Part shown: positions 44,657-53,568 of the stretch, one piece after another
Position numbering within the stretch: position 1 is the first letter of the stretch
Layout of the letters: every line of letters begins with the position of its first letter
Assembly (NCBI GenBank): GCA_050258095.1
Contig: JBLMYD010000038.1
Location: 3,594 to 67,593, forward strand
Origin: Chloroflexota bacterium
Lineage (GTDB): Bacteria > Actinomycetota > Thermoleophilia > Solirubrobacterales > 70-9
DNA length: 64,000 bases
Reading direction: 5' to 3'
The notes under the pieces: model-generated
What the model saw: only the letters and a program-made list of their open reading frames with translations
The model's database searches: none
Told to the model about the DNA's origin: nothing
Translations under genes and position numbers: made by a program

Positions 44657-44792
44657 GGCGGGTGCGCCTCTCCGGAAATTGATGTCGCACGCGCCTGCGG
44701 CGCTTAGCGACAGATGAGGAGCGCGGCCTGCGGCCGCGCGGAATCGGATTGCATAGGCCGCTTCGCTACATTTCCGGAGAGGCGCACCCGCC
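44657..44792. repeat. Long hairpin element 44-a: 23-bp perfect stem enclosing a 90-nt structured core
   Basis: Arms ggcgggtgcgcctctccggaaat / atttccggagaggcgcacccgcc. The core contains two internal stem-loops (gtcgc.c.gcgcc-tgc-ggcgc..gcgac and gcgcggcc-tgc-ggccgcgc). Confidence 0.85.
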
Positions 44793-44923
44793 AGCCTCTC
44801 GATGCTCCACAGCTATCGAAAGCTCTTACCCGAAGCGGCGGCGTCGGTTTGATGCTCCTCAAAGAGCTTGTGGAGTCCTGACGCCGATTCCGCAGCTCGT
44901 GCGTCTCTGGGAAATGTGTTGAG

Positions 44924-45066
44924 GGGGAGCCTGGTCGTCCTCCAGGCGAATGTCGCGAAGCGGCCTATGCAATCCGGTGTTTGCGCGGCGAAGCCGCGCT
45001 GAAGATTCGGCGCAAAGGCCGAAGGCCGTGCGCCATCAATTCGACTGGAGGACGACCAGGCTCCCC
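44924..45066. repeat. Long hairpin element 44-b: 22-bp perfect stem enclosing a 99-nt core, inverted copy of 44-a
   Basis: Arms ggggagcctggtcgtcctccag / ctggaggacgaccaggctcccc. The reverse complement of the core aligns with core 44-a, including an identical 22-mer cggattgcataggccgcttcgc. The internal stem-loops are kept by compensatory changes. Confidence 0.85.
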
Positions 45067-45074
45067 ACCTTCCG

Positions 45075-45986
45075 CTACCCAGCCCGGAAGGGGCCGGAGC
45101 GCTCGTCGGCCGGGTCGCGCAGCGAGCTCTCGGGCTCGGCGTGGATCAGGACTTCGGCGTTCGGGACCGCGGCCTCGATCGAGTCGCGCAGCGCGTGGGT
45201 CAGCTCATGAGCCCGCTCGAGGCTCGTGCCGGCGCGGTACTGGACGTGGAGGTCGATGTAGCGGCGGCGGCCCGCCCGGCGGGCGCGCAGCTTGTGGTAG
45301 CCGACGACCTCCGGCGTGCGCGCCGCCGAGATCGCGGCCTCGATCCGGTCCATCTCCTCGCCGGGGAGGGCCTCGTCGACGAGCACGCCCGAGGAGTGGC
45401 GGACGATCCTGATCCCGGCCGTGACGATCGCCCCGGCGACGACCAGGGCCGTGATCGAGTCGAAGGCGGCGTTGCCGGTGGCGGCGACCAGCGCCAGGCC
45501 GAGCAGGACGCCGGCCGAGGTCATCGCGTCGGCGCGCAGGTGGGCGGCGTCGCCGGCGAGGGCGGGAGATTCGTGGGCGCGCGCCTGCCGCGAGAGCACC
45601 GAGGAGACGACGAGGTTGGCGAGCACCGAGAAGCCCATCACGGCGATGCCGGCGCCGAGGGTCTCGACTTCGGCACCGACGACGAGCCGGTGCGTGGCCT
45701 CATAGACGATGATCCCGGCGCCGACGAGGATCAGCAGGCCCTCGATCGTTGCCGCCAGGCTCTCGACCTTCTCGTGACCGTAGGGGTGCTCGGCGTCGGC
45801 CGGCTCGTCGGCCTTGCGCACCGAGGCGAAGGCGACGACGGAGGCGACGAGGTCGATCAGCGAGTGGATCGCCTCGGTGAGGATCGCGATCGAGCCGGTG
45901 ACTGCGGCGGCGGCCAGCTTGATCGCGATCAGCAAGGCATTGGAAGCGATCGATAGGGCCGCCGCCCCACTCTTGGTGCGGATCAT
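45075..45986 (-). CDS. Cation diffusion facilitator (CDF) family metal efflux transporter
   Basis: 303 aa with 6 TM helices. ..ALSIASNALLIAIKLAAA..HSLIDLVAS.. and a C-terminal cytoplasmic domain. Confidence 0.9.
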   Translation of the reverse strand: MIRTKSGAAALSIASNALLIAIKLAAAAVTGSIAILTEAIHSLIDLVASVVAFASVRKADEPADAEHPYGHEKVESLAATIEGLLILVGAGIIVYEATHRLVVGAEVETLGAGIAVMGFSVLANLVVSSVLSRQARAHESPALAGDAAHLRADAMTSAGVLLGLALVAATGNAAFDSITALVVAGAIVTAGIRIVRHSSGVLVDEALPGEEMDRIEAAISAARTPEVVGYHKLRARRAGRRRYIDLHVQYRAGTSLERAHELTHALRDSIEAAVPNAEVLIHAEPESSLRDPADERSGPFRAG

Positions 45987-46600
45987 CGCCGGCCCGGCGT
46001 CGCGGCGCCTTCCAGGTGCTCGGCCAGCAACCGAGCGGCGCCGCCCCGATGGCTGATCTCGTTCTTCTCGGCCTGGCTCAACTCCGACATCGTCCTCGTG
46101 TCCTCGCCGGTCGCGTCCGGCACGAAGGCCGGGTCGTAGCCGAAGCCGCCCTCGCCGCGCGGCGCCTCGATCAGGCGTCCCTCGCAGCGAGCCTCGAAGA
46201 CCCGCTCGGCGCCGTCCTCGGAGACCAGAGCCAGCGCGCAGTGATAGGCAGCACGACGATCCTCGCCGGCCGCCACCACCTCGCGCAGCAGCTTGTCCAG
46301 GTTCTCCTCGTCGGTCGCGTCGGGGCCGCCGTAGCGCGCCGAGTGGATGCCCGGCCGGCCGTCGAGGCCGGCCGCCTCGATGCCCGAGTCGTCGCCGATC
46401 GCGGCCTCGCCGGTCGCGGCGTGCGCGGCGCGCGCCTTCTCCAGGGCGATCTCGGCGAACGAGTCCCCGTGCTCCGGAGGCAGCTCGACGCCCTCGGGCA
46501 GCCCCCTGAGGTCGAGCGCGGGCAGCAGTTCGCGCATCTCGCGCAGCTTGTGCTTGTTCGCCGTGGCGAAGATCAAGGCGCGGCTAGCCCCCGACGGCAC
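45983..46600 (-). CDS. rdgB: Non-canonical purine NTP pyrophosphatase (RdgB/Ham1)
   Basis: 205 aa: ..LIFATANKHKLREM..DDSGIEAAGLDGRPGIHSARY..GFGYDPAF..SHRG... Confidence 0.9.
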   Translation of the reverse strand: MPSGASRALIFATANKHKLREMRELLPALDLRGLPEGVELPPEHGDSFAEIALEKARAAHAATGEAAIGDDSGIEAAGLDGRPGIHSARYGGPDATDEENLDKLLREVVAAGEDRRAAYHCALALVSEDGAERVFEARCEGRLIEAPRGEGGFGYDPAFVPDATGEDTRTMSELSQAEKNEISHRGGAARLLAEHLEGAATPGRR

Positions 46601-47309
46601 GCTCCTGCACCTGCCGCAGTCGCGAGATGCCCATCTCGGCGAGGCCGAGGAGCTCGTCGAGCGAGGCGCGCGAGAGCGGCGTGCGCTCCGCCGTCGCCTG
46701 CACCTCGACCAGGCCGCCCTCGCCGGTCATCACGACGTTGGCGTCGACCTCGGCGTTGGAGTCCTCGCCGTAGTCGAGGTCGCAGAGGGCGCGGCCGCCG
46801 ACCATGCCGACGCTGACCGCCGCGACGGAGCCGCTCAGCGGCATCTCCTCCAGCGCCCCTGCGTCGAGCAGCTTCTGGCAGGCGAGCCGCAGCGCCACGT
46901 AGCCGCCCGTGATCGCCGCGCAACGGGTCCCGCCATCGGCCTGCAGGACGTCGCAGTCGACGTAGACGCTGCGTTCGCCCAGCGCTTTGAAGTCGACCAC
47001 GACCCGCAGCGAGCGGCCGATCAGGCGCTGGATCTCGACCCCGCGCCCGTCCTGCTTGCCCCGCGAGACGTCGCGCGTCTTGCGCTCGCCGGTGGACGCG
47101 GGCAGCATCGAGTATTCGGCCGTGACCCAGCCCTTGCCGCGACCCTGCAGCCAGCGCGGCACCGCCCGATCGACCGAAGCGGTGCAGATCACACGCGTGC
47201 GGCCGAGCGTGATCAGCGCCGAGCCGTCGGCGGTCTCGACGAAGCCGGGGTCGATCGACACCGGCCGGATGTCGGCGGGAGCGCGGTCGTAGCTGCGTGA
47301 AGCGGGCAT
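46584..47309 (-). CDS. rph: Ribonuclease PH
   Basis: 241 aa: ..DGSALITLGRTRVICTASV..GWVTAEYSMLPAST..RGKQDGRGVEIQRLIGRSLR... Confidence 0.95.
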   Translation of the reverse strand: MPASRSYDRAPADIRPVSIDPGFVETADGSALITLGRTRVICTASVDRAVPRWLQGRGKGWVTAEYSMLPASTGERKTRDVSRGKQDGRGVEIQRLIGRSLRVVVDFKALGERSVYVDCDVLQADGGTRCAAITGGYVALRLACQKLLDAGALEEMPLSGSVAAVSVGMVGGRALCDLDYGEDSNAEVDANVVMTGEGGLVEVQATAERTPLSRASLDELLGLAEMGISRLRQVQERAVGG

Positions 47310-47335
47310 CGTCCCCGCGAGTCTGTCATTTACCC

Positions 47336-47364
47336 GGAAGGGCCGCGCTGCGCGCGGCCCTTCC
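47336..47364 (-). terminator. GC-rich hairpin downstream of vapC (13-bp perfect stem, 3-nt loop), no U-tract
   Basis: ggaagggccgcgc-tgc-gcgcggcccttcc. Lies between the vapC stop (47447) and the rph start (47309). Confidence 0.4.
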
Positions 47365-47446
47365 GTCCCACTGGGGTTGCTCTGGCGTCAAGCCTGGAAC
47401 CGACGCTGGAGCGTGGGCGCACAATAGACGCGTAGTACCTGAGCAG

Positions 47447-47866
47447 TCAAGAGTTTTGATCGGGTAGTACGCGCAGCCCGCGCTGCGAGAAGTGCGCATC
47501 GAAGGCAAACGCGGCGTCCTCTCCTTCCCGCTCTATCAGGGCGAAGGAGGTGGCGTCGACGTAGCTCCAACGCTTGTCCTCGTGCCGCTGGAGGATCTCC
47601 CACGCTCGTTCCTCGGTCGTCCGGTCGAGCCTGACGAGGTCGATCGCGCCCCCCGCCCGGAAGCGGCTGCCCCACTCGATCGCCTCGCGCCGGCCGACGC
47701 GAACCATCAACGCGGTGTAGGTCTCGGCGAACACGTAGTTGGAGGTGAAGAGCGCCGCCCCTTCGGCGATCAGCTCCCGCATCGCCTCGCGTGCCCGCTC
47801 GTGCTCGGCCTCCCCGGCATTGCGCAGCGCGACGAACGCGCTGGTGTCGACGAAGACGGACCTCAT
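47447..47866 (-). CDS. vapC: PIN-domain toxin VapC
   Basis: 139 aa: MRSVFVDTSAFVAL.. with the conserved acidic residues. ATGA overlap with the upstream antitoxin. Confidence 0.85.
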   Translation of the reverse strand: MRSVFVDTSAFVALRNAGEAEHERAREAMRELIAEGAALFTSNYVFAETYTALMVRVGRREAIEWGSRFRAGGAIDLVRLDRTTEERAWEILQRHEDKRWSYVDATSFALIEREGEDAAFAFDAHFSQRGLRVLPDQNS

Positions 47867-48099
47867 CGGCCGTAGAGATCGCGGTCGAGGCTCGTCACGC
47901 TGGTCCGCTCGCGACCTTTCCCGGGCGACTCGACGACCAGGTAGCTGAGCAGGGGGTCCTCCGCCGCGTCCAGCCGGCGCGCCCGCTCCGCGTCGATCAG
48001 CTCCCGCACCACGGCCGCGATGCTGCCCGCCTCCCCGGCGCGCTGCTTCAGCCAGCGGTACTGGCCCTCGTCCAGATATAGCTGCGTACGATGCCTCAT
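47863..48099 (-). CDS. vapB: Ribbon-helix-helix antitoxin VapB
   Basis: ATG 48099 gives MRHRTQLYLDEGQYRWLKQRAGEAGSIAAVVRELID.. (RHH). The palindrome gctgta-a-tacagc at 48100-48112 abuts the start codon and is a possible operator. Confidence 0.75.
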   Translation of the reverse strand: MRHRTQLYLDEGQYRWLKQRAGEAGSIAAVVRELIDAERARRLDAAEDPLLSYLVVESPGKGRERTSVTSLDRDLYGR

Positions 48100-48224
48100 G
48101 CTGTAATACAGCGTACGCCCTATCCCGGACGGAATTCGCCCCCCGTCCACGCGCAAGCGATCTCCCAAGCCGACCGGGGGCACGAGGACGGGGGCGACGG
48201 CGCCGGACCGACCTTCCTCGAACC

Positions 48225-48473
48225 TCATTTGAACGTCACCTTGTTGACGGCCTCCTTGATCTTGTTGACGATCACGTCCGCCAGCTCGGTGCCCTGCTTG
48301 CCGTTGAACCCCTTCATCGCCGCGACCATCCCGACCATCAGCAGCGAGACGAGCAGGATCAGGCCGACGTACTCGACGGTGCCCTGTCCCCGCTCGCGAC
48401 CGACCAGCGAGCGGATCGCGACGATCCGCTGCTCGACGACGGCGTGTACGTAACCCATCAGCGCGTAAAGCAT
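48225..48473 (-). CDS. flp: Flp/Fap-family type IVb pilin precursor (orphan)
   Basis: ATG 48473 is preceded by GGAGG 6 nt upstream. ..GRERGQG/TVEYVGLILLVSLLMVGMV.. matches the Flp G/xxxEY processing motif plus a hydrophobic helix. No tad genes in the window. Confidence 0.6.
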   Translation of the reverse strand: MLYALMGYVHAVVEQRIVAIRSLVGRERGQGTVEYVGLILLVSLLMVGMVAAMKGFNGKQGTELADVIVNKIKEAVNKVTFK

Positions 48474-48616
48474 CTGCAGCCTCCTCATTGCGGTTTCCAC
48501 CGATGCTGGCCCCCGCCGACGCACCGAACAAGACGCGAGCGCGCCAACTCTGGATCAATTTCGTGAAGGATCTGCAACAGGCAGAATCGGTCGCTCGTCG
48601 CGGATACGCTCAGGCC

Positions 48617-49564
48617 GTGCGCGTGCTGGTCGTGACCAACTTCTCGCCCGACGCGGCGGCGCCGCAGCGGGGCCAATGGGTTCGCGATCAGGTCGACGAG
48701 CTGCGGGGCCTCGGGATGAGCGTCGAGCTGTTCACCTTCCCCCGCGGGCGCAAACACTACGCCCCGGCGACGCTGCGGCTGCGCCGCCTCCTGCGACGGG
48801 AGCGGTTCGACCTGGTCCACGCGCACTACGGCCTGGTCGGCTGGTGCGCGCGCCTGGCCGGCGCCAGGCCCCTGGTCGTCAGCTTCCACGGCACCGACGT
48901 GCGCCACCCGGTCGTCGGCCGCATGTCGCGGGCGCTGGCGAAGCGAGTGGACCTGGCCGCAGCCGTGTCGCGAGCGCTCTTCGAGGCCGATGACGGCCGT
49001 CCGGGGCTCCCCCCCGTCCCCGGCTCCGCGGTGCTCCCCTGCGGGCCGGACATCGGCCGCTTCGGCCGGCTTCCCCGGGTCGAGGCCCGCCGGCGACTGG
49101 GCCTCGAGCCGAACGGCCGCTACCTCCTCTTCCCGGCGAACCCGGCGCGCCCGGAGAAGAGACACGACCGCGCCGCCTCGCTGGCAGGCGCCTGCGAGGC
49201 CGAGCTGCTGACCGGCGGGGCGATCCCGCCGGAGGAGATGCCGCTCTGGATCAACGCCGCCAACGCCGTCCTGGTCACCTCCGACTACGAGGGCTTCGGC
49301 CTCACCTGCATCGAGGCCCTCGCCTGCGACGTCCCGGTCCTCTCCACGCCGGTGGGAATCGCGCCCTATGCGACGTCGGGGATCGCGGGCACGCTCTGCG
49401 CGCCGTTCGAGCCGACGACCTGGGCGGCGGCCGCCCGGCCGCTGCTCGCAGCCGGCGACCCGCGAGTAGACGGCGCCGCCCGGGCCGCCTCGCTCGCCGC
49501 GCCCCGCATGGCAGAGCGCACCGCCGTCGCCTACCGCGCTGTCCTCGACGGCGTAATAGATTGA
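48617..49564 (+). CDS. Glycosyltransferase, GT4 (group 1) family
   Basis: GTG 48617 gives (M)RVLVVTNFSPD.. and the protein continues ..VTSDYEGFGLTCIEALACDVPVLSTPVG... I judge the upstream part of track ORF 48488.. non-coding; the start is uncertain. Confidence 0.75.
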   Translation: MRVLVVTNFSPDAAAPQRGQWVRDQVDELRGLGMSVELFTFPRGRKHYAPATLRLRRLLRRERFDLVHAHYGLVGWCARLAGARPLVVSFHGTDVRHPVVGRMSRALAKRVDLAAAVSRALFEADDGRPGLPPVPGSAVLPCGPDIGRFGRLPRVEARRRLGLEPNGRYLLFPANPARPEKRHDRAASLAGACEAELLTGGAIPPEEMPLWINAANAVLVTSDYEGFGLTCIEALACDVPVLSTPVGIAPYATSGIAGTLCAPFEPTTWAAAARPLLAAGDPRVDGAARAASLAAPRMAERTAVAYRAVLDGVID

Positions 49565-50028
49565 CCGCGATGGGTGAGGCAACCACTCAGCCCGGTGACG
49601 GCGACCTCGGCGCCCAGGTCGAGATGGCCAAGAAGCGCCTAGAGGAGGCCGCAGCCGCAGCGAGCACCGCGGAGAGGCAGGTCGCGACCGAGATCATGGC
49701 GCTCGAGCGCGATCTGGAACAGGAGCGAACGCGCGCCAGCGAGGCGCTGGAGGAGCTGCGCGCGGCCCACGCCGAGGAGCTGCGGCGCGAGCGCGAAGCC
49801 AAGGACCGGGTGATCGCCGAGGCCGAGTCGCGCCTGGCCGAGATCGAGACCCAGACCGAGGCCGCCGTGCAGCGGATCGCAGAGACCGAGGCCCGCGCGC
49901 AGGCGGCGGAAAGCCGCGCCGCGGAGGCCGAGGGCGCGATCGCCGACGAGCACGCCCGGGCCCGCACGGCCGCCGCGGCCTGGCTGCGGGGGCAGGTCGA
50001 GACACTGCGGCGAGAGGAAGGGCGATAG
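49561..50028 (+). CDS. Coiled-coil protein of unknown function (Ala/Glu/Arg-rich)
   Basis: 155 aa with strong G/C third-position bias. TTGA overlap with the GT4 stop (or ATG 49570). Confidence 0.55.
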   Translation: MTAMGEATTQPGDGDLGAQVEMAKKRLEEAAAAASTAERQVATEIMALERDLEQERTRASEALEELRAAHAEELRREREAKDRVIAEAESRLAEIETQTEAAVQRIAETEARAQAAESRAAEAEGAIADEHARARTAAAAWLRGQVETLRREEGR

Positions 50029-50054
50029 CGCCGCTCTCCAAGTTCGACGTCGCC

Positions 50055-51470
50055 GTGGTGGGAGGCGGCGCCGCGGGTCTGTGGACGGCACTGCAAGCGG
50101 CGGAGCGCGGCGGCTCTGTCTGCCTGGTCTCGCGCACCCCGCTCTCGGAGAGCGCCAGCTTCTGGGCGCAGGGCGGCCTGGCGGCGGCGCTGGAACTCGG
50201 CGACTCGCCGGCCCGGCACGCCGCCGACACGATCGCTGCGGGCCGCGGGCTCTGCCGCCCCTCGGCGGTCCAGACGCTGGTCGAGGAGGCGCCGGCGGCG
50301 GTCCGCGAGCTGCTGCGGCGCGGCGTCGTCTTCGACCTCGAGGCCGGCGGCGAGCTCTCGCTCGGGCTCGAGGGCGGGCACACCCGGCGGCGCATCGTCC
50401 ACTCGGGCGGCAGCGCCACCGGCCACGAGATCACCTCGAAACTGGCGGCGATGGTGGCGGCGGAGCCCCGCATCGAGGTGCGCGAGCGGGCCTCGATGAC
50501 AACGCTGTGGAGCGACGGCGATCGCTGCCACGGCCTGCTCACCGACGACGGGCGAATCGCTGCCGCGGCGACGGTGCTCGCCACCGGGGGCGCGGCGGCC
50601 CTCTGGCAGCGCACCTCGAATCCGTGGGGGGCGATCGGCGCCGGCCCGACGATGGCCGCCGCTGCCGGCGCCGACCTCGCCGACCTCGAGCTCTGCCAGT
50701 TCCACCCCACCGCCCTCTTCCTCCCCGGCACACGCTTCGACGGGATGCTGATCACCGAGGCCGTGCGCGGCGAGGGCGCGACGCTGCTCGACGCCGCGGG
50801 TCTTCGCTTCACCGACGAGCTGGCCCCGCGCGACGCGGTCACGGCCGCGATCCTCGACCGCCTAGCCGCCGACGGCACCGAGGCGGTCGGGCTCGACCTG
50901 CGCGACCTCGACCCCGGGCGCTTCCCGACCGTGTTCGACGCGCTGGCCGAGGCCGGGCTCCAACCGGCCGCCGAGCCCGTGCCCGTGGCCCCGGCGGCCC
51001 ACTACACGATGGGCGGCATCGCGGTCGACCTCGACGGCCGCTCCTCCCTGCCGGGCCTGCTCGCCGTCGGCGAGTGCTCGTGCACGGGCCTGCACGGCGC
51101 CAACCGGCTCGCCTCCAACTCGCTCAGCGAGTGCTTCGTGTTCGGAGCGCGGGCCGCGGCTGCGGCGGTCGAGGAGACAGCCGGCTCCGCGCTCCCCGAG
51201 CCCGGCCCCTGGCGGTTCGAGCCGCCGACCGAGGCGACGCGCGAGGCCGTCTGGCGCCTGGCCGGCCCGCTGCGCCGGCCCGAGCAGCTGGAGGAGCTGC
51301 GCAGCGACCCCTATCCGCTGGCGGCGGCGATCGCCGCCTGCGCGCTGGAGCGGCGCGAGTCGCGCGGCGGCCACCTGCGCACCGACTTCCCCCACGTCGA
51401 CCCCAATCTCGACGGCATCCACCTCGTCCGCGCCGCCGACGGCGAGATCCGCCGCGAGACCTGGCGCTGA
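50055..51470 (+). CDS. nadB: L-aspartate oxidase (true start probably upstream of 50055)
   Basis: VVGGGAAGLW (FAD GxGxxG), ..HYTMGGI.., ..GANRLASNSL... The first GTG leaves no beta-1 strand; in-frame ..APLSKFDVAV.. precedes it. Confidence 0.9.
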   Translation: MVGGGAAGLWTALQAAERGGSVCLVSRTPLSESASFWAQGGLAAALELGDSPARHAADTIAAGRGLCRPSAVQTLVEEAPAAVRELLRRGVVFDLEAGGELSLGLEGGHTRRRIVHSGGSATGHEITSKLAAMVAAEPRIEVRERASMTTLWSDGDRCHGLLTDDGRIAAAATVLATGGAAALWQRTSNPWGAIGAGPTMAAAAGADLADLELCQFHPTALFLPGTRFDGMLITEAVRGEGATLLDAAGLRFTDELAPRDAVTAAILDRLAADGTEAVGLDLRDLDPGRFPTVFDALAEAGLQPAAEPVPVAPAAHYTMGGIAVDLDGRSSLPGLLAVGECSCTGLHGANRLASNSLSECFVFGARAAAAAVEETAGSALPEPGPWRFEPPTEATREAVWRLAGPLRRPEQLEELRSDPYPLAAAIAACALERRESRGGHLRTDFPHVDPNLDGIHLVRAADGEIRRETWR

Positions 51471-51536
51471 CTTCGTCTTTATCGGGCATATAGCACCGAT
51501 AAGTGCGAACTCAGCCAGGTAGATAGCGTCAGAGTC

Positions 51537-53513
51537 GTGCTGCTCGGAGTCGACGTAGGCGGGACCTTCACCGACGCCGTCCTCTTCGACGGCGAGCGCG
51601 TCCACACCGCGAAGCGACCGACGACGCCGGAGGACCAGTCGGTCGCCGTTCTCGCCGCGGTGGAGGCGGTCCTGGCGCAGACGGGGGCCACAGGCGGGGA
51701 CATCGAGTCCTTCGCCCACGGGATGACGGTGGGCACCAACGCCCTGCTCGAGGAGCGCGGCGCCCGCACGGCGCTGGTCGCGACCGCGGGCTTCGCCGAC
51801 GTGCTCGAGATCGGGCGCCAGAACCGCCCCCAGCTCTACCGCCTCTGCGCCCCGAAGCCGACCCCGCTGGTGCCACCGGAGCTTCGCTTCGAGGCGGCCG
51901 AGCGCGTCGGCCCCGACGGCGTCATCGAGCCGCTCGCCGGCGGCGAGCGCGAGCGACTGGCCGCGCGGCTGCGCGAGTGCGACGCCGAATCGGTCGCGAT
52001 CTGCCTGCTCTTCTCCTACGTCGACCCGAGCCACGAGCGGCTGATCGCCGAGCACTTGCGACGCGAGCTCCCCGGCTTGCACGTCTCCGCATCGCACGAG
52101 GTCCTGCCCCGCTTCCGGGAGTACGAGCGCTGCTCGACCACCGCGATCGACGCCTACCTCTCGCCCCTGCTCGGCAGCTACCTCTCGCGGCTCGCGGGCT
52201 CGGCCACGGCGGCAGGGCTCCCCGAGCCGATGGTGATGAGATCCTCGGGGGGACTGGCGAGCGCCGCGGAGACGGCCCGGGCCGGCGCCTGGAGCGTGCT
52301 CTCGGGTCCGGCCGGCGGCGCGGTCGGCGCCAGCCTGCTGTCACGCGTCTCCGGCGACGGCAATGCGCTCGGCTTCGACATGGGCGGCACCTCCTGCGAC
52401 GTCTGCGTGATCCAGGACGGAGAGGTGCAGCGCACCGACTCGCGCGAGATCGCCGGCCGGGTCATCCAGCTGCCGATGGTCGACGTCCACACGGTCGGCG
52501 CCGGCGGCGGCTCGATCGGCTGGCGCGACCCGGGCGGCGCCCTGCGGGTCGGTCCGCGCTCGGCGGGCGCCGATCCGGGCCCGGCCTGCTACGCCCGCGG
52601 CGGGCGCGAGCCCACCGTCACCGACGCCAACCTCCTGCTCGGCCGCCTCGCCGGCGATTCCGAGCTGGCCGGGGGCGTGGCGCTCGACGTCGACGCGGCC
52701 CACAGGGCCGTCGGCGAGCTGGCCTCCGCCCTCGGGCTCGACGTCCTGGCGACCGCCGAAGGCATCGTGCGGGTCGCCAATCAGGAGATGGTGCGGGCGC
52801 TGCGCGTAGTCACGGTCGAGCGCGGCATCGACCCGCGACGCTTCGCCCTGCTCCCCTTCGGCGGCGCCGGCCCGATGCACGCCGCCGCGGTCGCCGCCGA
52901 GCTCGGGATCGAGCGCATCCTCTGCCCGCGAGCGGGCGGCGTCCTCTCGGCGCTCGGGCTCTGCGCCTCGGACCGGCGCCGCGACACGACCCGCACCGTG
53001 ATGCTCGGCGGGGCCGAGCTGACCGCGGGGCGAATCGCCGCGGAGGTTGACGACCTGCGGAGCAGCATCGACGGCGACGTCGCGGGCGCCGTGCCGGAGG
53101 TCGTCTACGAGATGCGCTACGCGGGCCAGGCCTTCGAGCTGCCGGTGCCGGGCGACCTGCGACCCGATCCGGCCGACCTCGAAGAGCGCTTCGCCGCCGC
53201 CCACGAGCAGCGCTACGGCCACCGCGACCCCGAGGGCGAGGTCGTCCTCGTCCACATCCGCATGGCGCTGGTGGTGCCGGGGGCCGATCCCAGGCCGGTC
53301 GCCGCCGAGCGCGGCGCCCTGCGGGAGAGCAGCCGCCCGGTCCGCTTCGACGGGACCTGGCTGGAGACGCCGGTGCTGCGCGGCGAGCCGCCTGCCGGCA
53401 CGGAGGCCGCCGGCCCCGTCGTCTTCGAGCTGCCCGAGGCGACCTTCGTCCTGCCCCCCGGCTGGCGTGCCGAGGTCGACGCGGCCGGCACGATCGGGAC
53501 GTGCCGCGCGTGA
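51537..53513 (+). CDS. hyuA: Hydantoinase/oxoprolinase family protein, A subunit
   Basis: 658 aa: MLLGVDVGGTFTDAVL.. ..GFDMGGTSCDV... Confidence 0.85.
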   Translation: MLLGVDVGGTFTDAVLFDGERVHTAKRPTTPEDQSVAVLAAVEAVLAQTGATGGDIESFAHGMTVGTNALLEERGARTALVATAGFADVLEIGRQNRPQLYRLCAPKPTPLVPPELRFEAAERVGPDGVIEPLAGGERERLAARLRECDAESVAICLLFSYVDPSHERLIAEHLRRELPGLHVSASHEVLPRFREYERCSTTAIDAYLSPLLGSYLSRLAGSATAAGLPEPMVMRSSGGLASAAETARAGAWSVLSGPAGGAVGASLLSRVSGDGNALGFDMGGTSCDVCVIQDGEVQRTDSREIAGRVIQLPMVDVHTVGAGGGSIGWRDPGGALRVGPRSAGADPGPACYARGGREPTVTDANLLLGRLAGDSELAGGVALDVDAAHRAVGELASALGLDVLATAEGIVRVANQEMVRALRVVTVERGIDPRRFALLPFGGAGPMHAAAVAAELGIERILCPRAGGVLSALGLCASDRRRDTTRTVMLGGAELTAGRIAAEVDDLRSSIDGDVAGAVPEVVYEMRYAGQAFELPVPGDLRPDPADLEERFAAAHEQRYGHRDPEGEVVLVHIRMALVVPGADPRPVAAERGALRESSRPVRFDGTWLETPVLRGEPPAGTEAAGPVVFELPEATFVLPPGWRAEVDAAGTIGTCRA

Positions 53514-53548
53514 GGGGTCAAAAAAGGCACCCGGGGGTCGGCACGTCC
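53497..53548. repeat. 52-nt conserved hairpin element, copy 2 (spans the hyuA stop codon)
   Basis: ggacgtgccg-N14-aaaaaggcac-N8-cggcacgtcc, the same architecture as 34519-34570. Confidence 0.75.
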
Positions 53549-53568
53549 GGGAAGTGGAGGTGCTGCGG

